Source of the DNA: Eledone cirrhosa
Lineage: Eukaryota
Assembly: GCA_964016885.1 (NCBI GenBank)
Contig: OZ024740.1
Coordinates: 114,390,001 to 114,454,000, forward strand
Direction: 5' to 3'
Length of the DNA stretch: 64,000 nt
The notes under the pieces are model-generated. The model did not search any database. It was given only the letters and a program-made list of their open reading frames with translations, and was not told the DNA's origin. The position numbers were made by a program, and so were the translations under genes. Shown piece after piece: positions 50,646 to 61,749 of the stretch (position 1 is its first letter; each line of letters begins with the position of its first letter).

Positions 50646-52027
50646 CTTTCTCTATTAACCACAAGGGTTTACATAAAGTAGATATTAAGGACAGTACAGG
50701 ACAATACAGGACGGTACAAATGGGCATTTCTGCGTGTAAAAAACAAAAACAGAGGATGTAACAAAAAATAGGTGGGTTCCTTCACCACAAACGACACACC
50801 TAGGCCTTCTGCCCTCGACGATTACGGTGAGGTGGCTGCCGTCAGTGATGTCTATTACCTCTGGGATCTCCTCAATGCTTTTTTGGTCCGCTTGGATCAG
50901 GAGCTCCATCCCAGATCCGGACCAGTTCTCCTGCTTTTCTTTCGCTATTTCGATTATCTTGGTGTTGGCCTCGATGCCGGCGAGGACGGCAGCCATTAAC
51001 CAGGGAATTTCGATGGCCGGTGGAACGTGGGTCACCCAGATCTTCACGAGTCTCTGGCCACAATAGCTTGGGACGAGTGTGAAGTCGTCACTTCTTAATG
51101 GGGCCATGGAGTGTTCTCTCGCCTCCTGTGGTGTTCCAAATAACACGTCCACGGTTCCATATTTCTGCCCACGTCTGATGTGGGTTTTTCTGCCCACACA
51201 TGTCCCAAAGCTTTTTGGATTTGGGACTCGGATGCCCGTTCCACTCGGCACGATTTTATGTTAATCGTCCGATAAGACACGGTGCATAGGCGCTGATGCT
51301 CCATTTTGTTAGGTGTCGGGGGGGGGGGGGTGACCCTGTACACATCTTTCTTTACCATTCTCTTGGCTTCATCTAATTCCTCCTGAGTTACCTGGATTGC
51401 TTCGCACTTTTTTGCTGCTCTGGCAAAAGGCAGGGTGGTTTTCTTATTCTCATTGTTGTTGTTGCTGTTGTTGTTATCATTATTTTTGTTATTGTTATTT
51501 TTAGTTTCAGTTGTGGTGATGGTGGCGTCAGTAGTGTTCGGTGTGGAAGATTCCATTCTGGGTGAATCCATTTCGATGTCACGAGATAATTTATTTTTTC
51601 TTTTGTTTCTGTTGTCGTTGTGGGGGTGGTGGGGGTGGCGGCTTCAACACCTGCAGTCATTGGTAATGGCGGGAAATGAATGTCTGCATGAGACAAATTT
51701 AAATTATTGCTACTGCTTATATTTTTAGTGTTGGCAAACGTAGTAATATTTACAATGGTGGTGTCGGTGTGAGGTGTTAGCTTGTGAGGAAGGTATGGCT
51801 GTCAGTGGACCATGATTTTTCAAAGAAATTCTTTTGTTTGAAAATTATAAAAGTTTAAATTTTGGGCTCAAGGCCCCAATCTTTTTGAGTGTCCTTTTCC
51901 GAAAGCAAATTTTGTGACCTTATAAATAGTTAACAACAAAAATTTTCCATAAACGGCAATTTTAAACAAACGGAAACAACAAACCTTTGCGGAGCGCACG
52001 ATAATGCGATTTCCTACGTAGGTCGCC
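50645..52027 (-). mobile_element. Internally deleted non-autonomous Tx1-like element B (5' UTR, ORF1 N-half, 3' end)
   Basis: 5' end GGCGACCTACGTAG as in C. ORF1 runs to CVVCGEGTHL and joins the last ~125 bp of the 3' UTR at 50769-50770. Confidence 0.9.
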
Positions 52028-52051
52028 AATAATAATAATAATAATAATAAT

Positions 52052-52085
<34 letters not shown>

Positions 52086-52327
52086 TTTTCTTTATTAACC
52101 ACAAGGGTTCACATAAAGTAGACATTAAGGACAGTACAGGACAATACAGGACGGTACAAATGGGCATTTCTGCGTGTAAAAAAACAGAGGTTGAAATAAA
52201 ATAACAAAGAAAAATTCCCCAATAAGGGGGAGACTTCCAAGGGACATTTGTGGAGAAAGCCCATTAAAAGACCACAGTGGCCCTGACCACCAGGGCAAGT
52301 GCCCTCTCCCAGTTTTCCACCTTTAAT

Positions 52328-55300
52328 TTACAGACACATACTCAGAGAAGGCCCATTCATTCGGGCCATACTTGCTTCTCTCACCCATCTTTCAGCAAAA
52401 TGCTGGGAAGAGAGCACTTCCCTCTCTACCCTGATTTCCCTTTTCAAATGAAATTTGAAAAAGTTAATCAGGGCATCACCGAAGAGGTAAGTCCTCGTCT
52501 TCAGCCCTTTCAAACGTGTCCACCATACTATCTCTTTCGCCATGGCCACCAGACAGATAAAAACTGCCTGCCCTTCCCGGCTAAAGGAAGAGGGCGGGGC
52601 AATCCTCACGATGGACTCAGCTGATAGCTGGATCCGTCCTACACGTGACAGCAGGTGTTCGACATAAACCCACAAGTCAGCAATTTTCGGACACTGGACG
52701 AGTGCGTGCAGGACGGTTTCGTCACCCTGTGCGCATCTCGGACATGCCCGGCTGACGGCAACTCCATGCCTGTAAAGTTTATCTCGAACTGGCAAAGCAC
52801 CCCGGTAGCACTGCCAGGCCAGGGATTTCTGGAAGTTGTCCATAGGCCCCGGCCCGAAAGTCCTTCCGAAGAGATTGGCTAGTTGATTTTCGTCGACGCC
52901 TAGAGTTTCTCCAAGTACGTCGTCGCTCTTCCCCTCCACTAATCCCCTATAGAACGCCAAGGTGGAGATTCCACCGATCACATTGCCCGATTGGTCGAGG
53001 GCTGTGTCCGCCTGAAGACATTCCAGGCTCCAAGCGCTCCCTCTCGGTCTTCGCTTGACCCAGGACTGCAGCTCCGTCAAGGAGACGAGCTGGGGAAAAA
53101 CGTGTCTAGCAAACGGCGACCACACCTGATCACCGTCGAGGAAGAGGTGGAGATGTCGTATCCTGAGCGCGTGTCTGCGCATCATCAGCCACGGCATGCC
53201 CAGCCCTCCACGTAGCGGGTGTTGACAGCAGATGGACCGCCTGACCATCGGAGCGCGTCCCTTCCACAAGAAGCGAAAGAGCAAACGCTCCAGCGCAGTC
53301 AGGCGGGGCTTAGGACAAGGTACGACGGTCAGGCGGTAGTAGATGACGGAGGCGATGTACGCGTTAGCCACCTCCGCTCGACCTTTCAGGGATAGCTTCC
53401 TCTCCGCCCATTTCTGGGTGAGAGAAGCCACCCTGCTCGTCACATCGTCCCAGTTTTTGTCCGTCTGGAGGTCTGGACCGAACCAGACACCTAGCAATTT
53501 AACCGGTCCGTCCGTCCAGCGCCCGACGACGCTGTTGGACGGCATGGACCTGCCTCTCCAGGTGCCGAGCTGCAGGCCCACTGACTTTTCCTGGTTGATC
53601 ATTGCTCCTGTCACCGCTTCGTATTCTCTTAGTGTAGTGCCGATCGCCTCGATGTGTTTGTCGTTCGACACCACTACGGTGACATCGTCGGCATATGCTG
53701 ACACGGATCTTCCGCATCCTAGTTCGCGCGGGACCCCCCTCAACGTCTCCAGTTTGTGCAGTAATGGCTCGAGAGTCAATACGTACAATAGGGACGAGAG
53801 GGGACATCCTTGGCGGACCGAGCGCATGATGTTGAACGGTTCCGAAAGGTGGCCGTTCACTCTCACTGCAGAGCAGATCTCACTGTGCATGGCAGCGATC
53901 CAGCCTCTGAAGACGGGCCCAAAGCCAGCCGCCCTCAGGACTGCCGCTAGGTAACGATGGTCGACCCTATCGAAGGCTTTCGACTGATCTAAATTGATCA
54001 AAGACCCACCCGTGCCAGGTTCCCTAGCTACCCTCTCTACGATGTATCGCATGAGGTGGAGGTTGTCGTGAATGGATCTGTCGTGAATGGCGCATGTCTG
54101 TGCCTCTCCCACCAGACCACCAACGACAAGCGCTAACCTCTTTGCTAGCACCTTGGCCAAAATCTTGAACTCTGTGTTTAGCAGAGTTATGGGCCTAAAA
54201 TAATCTATGTTATACGCCTTGTTCGGATCTTTTCTCAGCAGCGCCACCGCTCCTCGGCTCACAGAGCTGGGAATTCTCCGGTTCTGTTGCCAGTTGCAGT
54301 AGACGTCCACCAAGAGGCCTCCGAACAAGTTAGGCATTTGTACGTAAAGTTCATAGGGCAGACCATCTAAACCAGGCGATTTACCCCTTGTGCAACTAGT
54401 CATTGCATCCCGTACTTCAGCGGATGTTATCGGCTTTTCGCAACACTCCGCCTCAGTGGCCGAAAGCCGCGGCAGTCCGTCGAGGTAGACACTAAAGTCC
54501 ATCCCTCGATCCGGCCCGCCACTGCCCCCGAACAGTTGAGCGAAGTGTCGCTGAAAAGCTTCACACATTTGCCCGGGATCGAGTAGCATGCGCCCGTCGT
54601 GGTCCACCAAAGACCGGATCGTGGCTTTGTTGCCACGACGCGCCTCCGCCACTCGGGCCCATTGAACGGCTTTCGTCCCCTCGTGTCTGAGAGCACGCAC
54701 CCTAGCTCTGACAACGCAGCCTTCGTGCTTTGCATTGAAGAATTGGTCAAGGGCCAATTTCGGCGCAACTACGTCGGTCGCGATGCTTTTGCTAAGCGCC
54801 TCATCTAATTTTCTAACTAATTCTCCCTCTGCTCTATTTTTCTCTAGTGCTAAAGTCTTACTGAACCTAATGGACTCTATTCTAATTGCTCTTTTCAGAG
54901 CAAACCACCACTTGTTGTTGACGATGGCCCCTCTCAACGCCCGCTTAACTAGTTCGCTAATCCGGTCTCTGTAGGCCTTGCGCGCTGGTAAGGACGCGTT
55001 TAGCTTCCAGTAGCCGGGTCCTCGTCTATGAAGCCTATCTAAGTCAAGCACACAGATCACGAATTTGTGGTCCGTGTAGCTGACTATCTTGAATTGTGGA
55101 CAGCCTATGCTAGACCTATCTATTTCCTTACAAAATACTATATCTAGATATGATCTGGATGACCCTATGCGATTTGTCCACTCCACATTGGTACATTCGG
55201 GAAATCCATTCGGTACCTGTCAGACAGTTCAAAACGTCTGAGCAGGTTGGTGAGACTCTTGCACCCTCCTTCCCTATCCCCTAATCCCACACAATCCCAG

Positions 55301-55749
55301 CGTGCATCTAAGATCCCGTTCCAGTCGCCCACTAACACCAAAGAGCGGGACGTTCCAAGAAAGGTCTCCAGACGCCGGAAGAAATCAGGCCGCCCTGCTA
55401 CTGTCGTGGCATAGACGGCCACTAACCTGAAAGCTTGGCCGTCTCCGCTGGTCACGTCCAGCACCACCAACTTACCTTCTGGGTCCAGGAAGATGGCCCG
55501 TATGGCAAGATCCAAACCTCTCCGAAAAAGCACAGCAACTCCCCCCCCCCCCGATCCCGGATGGCTGGGAGATGCGTACACATCGTAGCCGCCAAAGATC
55601 GGTGCGAAAGCCTGTGCTTCGGAGATTCTGGTCTCGCTGATGGCCACTACATCTATGTTTAGTGACCTGAGGTCGTTGAGCAGGTGGCCCTGCTTCCATG
55701 ACGACCCCAAGCCACGCGCATTTATGCTGCCTATTCTGAGTGAGGTCAT
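52328..55749 (-). pseudogene. ORF2 (APE-RT-CCHC) of element C, single frameshift near 55185
   Basis: The 194 aa and 952 aa ORFs together are colinear with the 1139-aa ORF2 of D. Confidence 0.9.
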
Positions 55750-55783
55750 GTTGAAAAGGAGTGGAAAAGATGGGAAAGACCAC

Positions 55784-57776
55784 TTACCTTACTTCTCGTA
55801 GGGGAAGGACGGTTTTTCCATCCTGTTCACTGCTTGTGGCCTCCTCAGGAAGGATGTCCTTATAAATCCTCCTGGACAGTGCTTGTCGGAAGTCTCCGAT
55901 GTCTTTGGGGAATTTTTGTTTTAGTGTCATGTACGTTTTCTGTGTGATGCGAGTGAATTGTATGTGTGGAGGTGGTGTGAATTTTGGGGTTGTTGTGTAG
56001 TCTTTTTCTGTGATGCTGGTGTTGTGTTGGATGTAGTGTAATAATTGCTTGTTGTTCAAGTTTAATGCTGTGTAGTGTGTATCGTTTTGGTTGTTTTGTT
56101 TTGTTTGCGTTTGTTGTGGGTTTGTTTCTGTTTCGCATTTTGGTGACTTTTGTGGTGTTGGTGATGGTGGTGTTGGAGTTAATGATGGTGATGGTGTTGG
56201 TGTTTGGGTTGATGGGGTTGGTGATGCTGGTGTGGATGGTGGCATATCTGTCCTAACTTTTTTGTTTCTTAGTTTATTTGTTTCCCTCTGTATTTTGTTT
56301 TTGGAGGGGGGAGGAAGAGAATTTTTTCTTTTTTGGTTTCTTTTTTTTTTCCCGATATCGTTTCCCACTCCTCGTCGTCACAATCTGTCTCCAGTTGTGA
56401 TAGGCCGGGGTGTGGAAAATCCTCCACAGCCGTTAGTTTTGGTTGTGGTGTGGTGGATGGTGTAGGCGCTGGTGCTAGTTCTGAAGCGTTGGGTGGTGGT
56501 AGTGTTGGTTTTGCTGGTGGTGGTAGTGGTGTTGGTTTTGCTACTGTTGCTGGGGTTGTTGCTGTTATAGTTGCTTCTGTTGTTGCTGCTACAGTTGTTG
56601 CTGCCATCTCTGCTACTGGTGGTGTTGATGGTTGTGTCACTGGGGTGGGTAGGAGAGGTGGCCTCAACCTTTTAGCCTGAGGGCAGAAAGCCCTTAGGTG
56701 GGTTCCTTCACCACAAACGACACACCTAGGTCTTCCGCCCTCGACAATTACCGTGAGGTGGCTGCCGTCAGTGAGGTCTATTACCTCTGGGATCTCCTCA
56801 ATGCTTTTTTGGTCCGCTTGGATTAGGAGCTCCATCCCAGATCCGGACCAGTTTTCCTGCTTTTCTTTTGCTATTGCTATTATTTTCGTGTTGGCTTCGA
56901 TGCCGGCGAGGACAGCCGCTATTAGCCAGGGAATTTCGATGGCCGGTGGAACGTGGGTCACCCTGATCTTTACGAGTCTCTGGCCACAATAGCTTGGGAC
57001 GAGTGTGAAGTCGTCACTTTTTAATGGGGCCATAGAGTGTTCTCTAGCCTCCTCTGGTGTTTCAAAGAACACATCCACGGTTCCATACTTTTGCCCACGT
57101 CTGATGTGGGTTTTTCTTGCCCACACATGTCCCAAAGCTTTTTGGATTTTGGACTCGGATGCCCGTTCCACTCGGCGCGATTTTACATTTATTGTTCTAT
57201 ACGACACGGTGCATAGGCGCTGATGCTCCATTTTATTAGGTGGGGGGGTGAGGCTGACCCTGTACCCATCTTTCTTTACCATTTGTTTGGCATTTTCTAA
57301 ATCCTCTTGAGTTACCGTAAATGCTTCGAATTGTTTTGCTACTATGGCGAAACTGAGGGTCGGTTTTATAATGTCATTGTTGTTGTTGTTGCTATCGTTA
57401 TTTGTGTTAATATTAATTTAAGTTTCAGTTGTGGTGGTGGTGACGTCAGTCGTCATTGGTGCGGAAGAGTCCATTTTGCTTGATTTCATTTCGACATCAC
57501 GAGTTAATTTATTTTTTTCTTCTTTTGTTTCTGTTGTCGCGGTGGTTGTGGGGGGGGTGTTGTCGCGGTGGTGGTGGTGGTGGAGGCTTTAACACCTGCA
57601 GTCATTGGTAATGGCGGGAAATCAATGTCTGCCTGAGACAAATTTAAAATATTGCTACTGCTTATATTTTTTTTTGTGTTGGCAAACGTAGTAACATTTA
57701 CAATGGTGGTGTCGGTGTGAGGTGTTATTTTGTGAGGAAGGCTTTCAGCTGCTTCGTGCAGAGGGGAATTAGCCAT
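55784..57776 (-). pseudogene. ORF1 of element C (zinc knuckle CVVCGEGTHLRAFC), frameshifted near homopolymer runs
   Basis: Three consecutive ORF pieces homologous to ORF1 of A and D. Confidence 0.85.
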
Positions 57777-57984
57777 TTTTTTTCAAAGAAATTTTTGGAT
57801 AATAATAAAAGTTAAAATTTTGGGCACAAGGCCCCAATCCTTTTGGGTGTCCTTTTCGGAAAACAATGTATGTGTGCTTATAAACAGTTAACAATAAAAT
57901 TTTCCATAAATGGCAATTTTTAACTAACGGAAATAACAAACCTTTGCGGAGCTCACGATGATACGATTTACTACGTAGGTCGCC

Positions 57985-58016
<32 letters not shown>

Positions 58017-58293
58017 TAATAATAATAATAATAATAATGATTTCTTTATTAACCACAAGGGTTTACATAAAGTAGACATTAAAGACAGTGCAGGACAATA
58101 CAGGACGGTACAAATGGGCATTTCTGCGTGTAAAAAAACAAAAAAAAACAGAGGGTGTAACAAAAAATAACAATGAAAAATTCCCCAATAAGGGGGAGAC
58201 TTCCGAGGGACATTTGTGGAGAAAGCCCAATAAAAAGCCACAATGACCCTGACCACCAAGGCAAGTGCCCTCTCCCAGTTTTCCACCTTTAAT

Positions 58294-61200
58294 TTACAGA
58301 TATATACTCAGAGTAGGCCCATTCACTCGGGCCAATCTTGCTTCTCTCACCCATATTTCAACAAAATGCTGCGAAGAGAGCACTTCCCTCTCTATTCTGA
58401 TTTTCCTTTTCAAATGAAATTTGAAAAAGTCAATCAGAGCATCACCGAAGAGGTAAGTGCTCGTCTTCAGCCCTTTCAAACGTGTCCACCATACTATCTC
58501 TTTCGCCATGGCCACCAGACAGATAAAAACTGCCTGCCCTTCCCGGCTAAAGGAGGAGGGCGGGGCAATAATCACGATGGACTCAGATGATAGCCGGATC
58601 CGTCCTAAACGCGACAGCAGGTGTTCGACATAAACCCACAAGTCAGCAATTTTCGGACACTGGACGAGTGCGTGCAGGACGGTTTCGTCGCCCTGTGCGC
58701 ATCTCGAACATGCCCGGCTGACGGCACCTCCATGCCTGTAGAGTTTATCCCGAACTGGCAAGGTTCCTCGGTAGCACTGCCAGGCCAGAGATTTCTGGAA
58801 GTTGTCCATAGGCCCTGACCCGAAAGTTCTTCCGAAGAGATTGGCTAGTTGATTTTCGTCGACGGCTAGAGTTTCCCCAAGTACGTCGTCGCTCTTCCCC
58901 TCCACTAATCCTCTATAGAACGCCGAGGTGGAGTTTCCACCGATCACATTGCCCGATTGGTCGAGGGCTGTGAGCGCCTGAAGACATTCCAGTCTCCAGG
59001 CGCTCCCTCTCGGTCTTCGCTTGACCCAGGACCGCAGCTCCGTCAAGGAAACGAGCTGGGGAAATACGTGTCTAGCAAACGGCGACCACACCTGATCACC
59101 GTCGAGGAAGAGGTCGGGATGTCGTAGCCTGAGCGCGTACCTGCGCATCATCAGCCACGGCATGTCCAGCCCTCCACGTAGCGGGTGTTGACAACAGATG
59201 GACCGCCTGACCATCGGAGCGCGTCCCTTCCACAAAAAGCGAAAGAGCAAACGCTCCAGCGCAGTCAGGCGAGGCTTAGGACAAGGTACGACGGTCAGGC
59301 GGTAGCAGATGACAGACGCGATATACGCGTTAGCCACCTCCGCTCGACCTTTCAGGGATAGCTTCTTCTCCGCCCATTTCTGGGTGAGAGAAGCCACCCT
59401 GCTCATCACCTCGTCCCAGTTTTTGTCCGTCTGGAGGTCCGGACCGAACCAGACCCCTAGTAATTTAACCGGTTCGTCCGTCCAGCGTCCGACGACGCTG
59501 TTGGACGGCATGGACCTGCCTCTCCAGGTGCCGAGCTGCAGGCCCACTGACTTTTCCTGGTTGATCATTGCTCCTGTCACCGCTTCGTATTCTCTTAGTG
59601 TAGTGCCGATCGCCTCGATGTGTTTGTCGTTCGACACCACTACGGTGACATCGTCCGCATATGCTGACACGGATCTTCCGCATCCTAGTTCGCGCGGGAC
59701 GCCCCTCAACGTCTCCAGTTTGTGCAGTAATGGCTCGAGAGTCAATACGTACAAAAGGGACGTGAGGGGACATCCTTGGCGGACCGAGCGCATGACGTTG
59801 AACGGTTCCGACAGGTGACCGTTCACTCTCACTACAGAGCAGATGTCGCTGTGCACGGCAGCGATCCAGCCTCTGAAGACGGGCCCAAAGCCAGCCGCCC
59901 TCAGGACTGCCGCTAGGTAACGATGGTCGACCCTATCGAAAGCTTTCGACTGATCTAAATTGATCAAGGACCCACCTGTGCCAGGTTCCCTAGCTACCCT
60001 CTCTACGATGTATCGCATGAGGTGGAGGTTGTCGTGGATGGATCTGTCGGGAATAGCGCATGTCTGCGCCTCTCCCACCAGTCCACCAACGACAAGCGCC
60101 AACCTCTTTGCTAGCACCTTGGCCAAAATTTTGAACTCTGTGTTTAGCAGAGTTATGGGCCGGAAATTATCTATGTTATCCCCCTTGTTCGGATCCTTTC
60201 TCAGCAGTGCCACCGCTCCTCGGCTCACAGAACTGGGAATTCTCCCGTTATGTTGCCAGTTGCAGTAGACGTCCGCCAAGAGGCCTCCGAACAAGTCTGG
60301 CATCTGTACGTAAAGTTCATAGGGCAGACCATCCAAACCAGGTGGTTTACCCCTTGTGCAGCCAGTCATTGCCTCCCTTACTTCAGCGGCTGTTATCGGC
60401 TTTTCGCAACACTTCGCCTCAGTGGCCGAGAGCCGCGGCAGTCCGTCGAGGTAGACACTAAAGTCCATCCCTCGACCCGGCCCACCGCTGCCCCCGAACA
60501 ACTGAGCGAAGTGTCGCTGAAAAGCTTCACACATTTGCCCGGGATCGAGTAGCATGCGCCCGTCGTGATCCACCAAAGACCTGATCGTGGCTTTGTTGCC
60601 ACGATGCGCCTCCGCCACTCGGGCCCATTGAACGGCTTTCGTCCCCTCGTGTCTGAGAGCACGCACCCTTGCTCTGACAACGCAGCCTTCGAGCTTTGCA
60701 TTGAAGAATTGGTCAAGGGCCAATTTCACCGCAAACACGTCGGTCGCAATGCCTTTGCTAAGCGCCTCGTCTAATTTTCTAACTAGTTCTCCCTCTGCTC
60801 TATTTTTCTCTATTGCTAAAGCCTTACTAAACCTAATCGATTCTATTCTAATCGCTCTTTTCAGAGCAAACCACCACTTGTTGTTGACGATGGCCCCCGT
60901 CAACGCCCGCTTAACTAGTTCGCTAATCCGGTCTCTGTAGGCCTTGATCGCTGGTAAGGACGCGTTTAGCTTCCAGTAGCCGGGTCCTCGTCTATGAAGC
61001 CTATCTAAGTCAAGCACACAGATCACGAATTTGTGGTCCGTGTAGCTGACTATCTTGAATTGTGGACAGCCTATGCTAGACCTATCTATTTCCCTACAAA
61101 ATACTCTATCTAGATATGATCTGGAGGACCCTATGCGATTTGTCCAAGTCCACATTGGCGCATTCGGGAAATCCAATCGGTACCTGTCAGACAGTTCAAA

Positions 61201-61713
61201 ACGCCTGAGCAGGTTGGTGAGGCTCTTGCACCCTCCACCCCTATCCACTAATCCCACACAATCCCAGCGTGCATCTAAGATCCCGATCCAGTCGCCCACT
61301 AACACTAAAGAGCGGGACGTTCCAAGAAAGGTCTCCAGACGCCGGAAGAAATCAGGCCGCCCTGCTCCTGTCGGGGCATAGACGGCCACTAGCCTGAAAG
61401 CTTGCCCGTCTCCGCTGGCCACGTCCAGCACCACCAGCTTACACCCTGGGTCCAGGAAGATGGCCCGTATGGCGAGATCCAAACCTCTCCGAAAAAGCAC
61501 AGCAACTCCTCCCCTCGATCCAGGACGGCTGGGAGATGCGTACACATCGTAGCCGCCGAAGATCGGTGCGAAGGCCCGTGCTTCGGAGATTCTGGTCTCG
61601 CTGATGGCCACTACATCTATGTTTAGTGACCTGAGGTCGTTGAGCAGGTGACCCTGCGTCCATGACGACCCCAAGCCACGCGCATTTATGCTGCCTATTA
61701 TGAGTGAGGTCAT
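58294..61713 (-). CDS. ORF2p APE-RT-CCHC of element D
   Basis: 1139-aa open frame with RT motifs QGCPLT and YADD. APE motif GDWN is changed to GDWI. Confidence 0.92.
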   Translation of the reverse strand: MTSLIIGSINARGLGSSWTQGHLLNDLRSLNIDVVAISETRISEARAFAPIFGGYDVYASPSRPGSRGGVAVLFRRGLDLAIRAIFLDPGCKLVVLDVASGDGQAFRLVAVYAPTGAGRPDFFRRLETFLGTSRSLVLVGDWIGILDARWDCVGLVDRGGGCKSLTNLLRRFELSDRYRLDFPNAPMWTWTNRIGSSRSYLDRVFCREIDRSSIGCPQFKIVSYTDHKFVICVLDLDRLHRRGPGYWKLNASLPAIKAYRDRISELVKRALTGAIVNNKWWFALKRAIRIESIRFSKALAIEKNRAEGELVRKLDEALSKGIATDVFAVKLALDQFFNAKLEGCVVRARVRALRHEGTKAVQWARVAEAHRGNKATIRSLVDHDGRMLLDPGQMCEAFQRHFAQLFGGSGGPGRGMDFSVYLDGLPRLSATEAKCCEKPITAAEVREAMTGCTRGKPPGLDGLPYELYVQMPDLFGGLLADVYCNWQHNGRIPSSVSRGAVALLRKDPNKGDNIDNFRPITLLNTEFKILAKVLAKRLALVVGGLVGEAQTCAIPDRSIHDNLHLMRYIVERVAREPGTGGSLINLDQSKAFDRVDHRYLAAVLRAAGFGPVFRGWIAAVHSDICSVVRVNGHLSEPFNVMRSVRQGCPLTSLLYVLTLEPLLHKLETLRGVPRELGCGRSVSAYADDVTVVVSNDKHIEAIGTTLREYEAVTGAMINQEKSVGLQLGTWRGRSMPSNSVVGRWTDEPVKLLGVWFGPDLQTDKNWDEVMSRVASLTQKWAEKKLSLKGRAEVANAYIASVICYRLTVVPCPKPRLTALERLLFRFLWKGRAPMVRRSICCQHPLRGGLDMPWLMMRRYALRLRHPDLFLDGDQVWSPFARHVFPQLVSLTELRSWVKRRPRGSAWRLECLQALTALDQSGNVIGGNSTSAFYRGLVEGKSDDVLGETLAVDENQLANLFGRTFGSGPMDNFQKSLAWQCYRGTLPVRDKLYRHGGAVSRACSRCAQGDETVLHALVQCPKIADLWVYVEHLLSRLGRIRLSSESIVIIAPPSSFSREGQAVFICLVAMAKEIVWWTRLKGLKTSTYLFGDALIDFFKFHLKRKIRIEREVLSSQHFVEIWVREARLARVNGPTLSIYL

Positions 61714-61749
61714 GTTTAAAATAGAGTGGAAAAGATGGGAAAGACCACT

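Larger units (their letters stand above)
52085..57984 (-). mobile_element. Full-length Tx1-like element C (frameshifted ORF1 and ORF2), bounded by (TAA)n
   Basis: ORF1 pieces 57504-57776, 56269-57282, 55784-56368; ORF2 pieces 55165-55749, 52328-55186. (TAA)n at 52028-52084 and 57985-58038. Confidence 0.93.
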
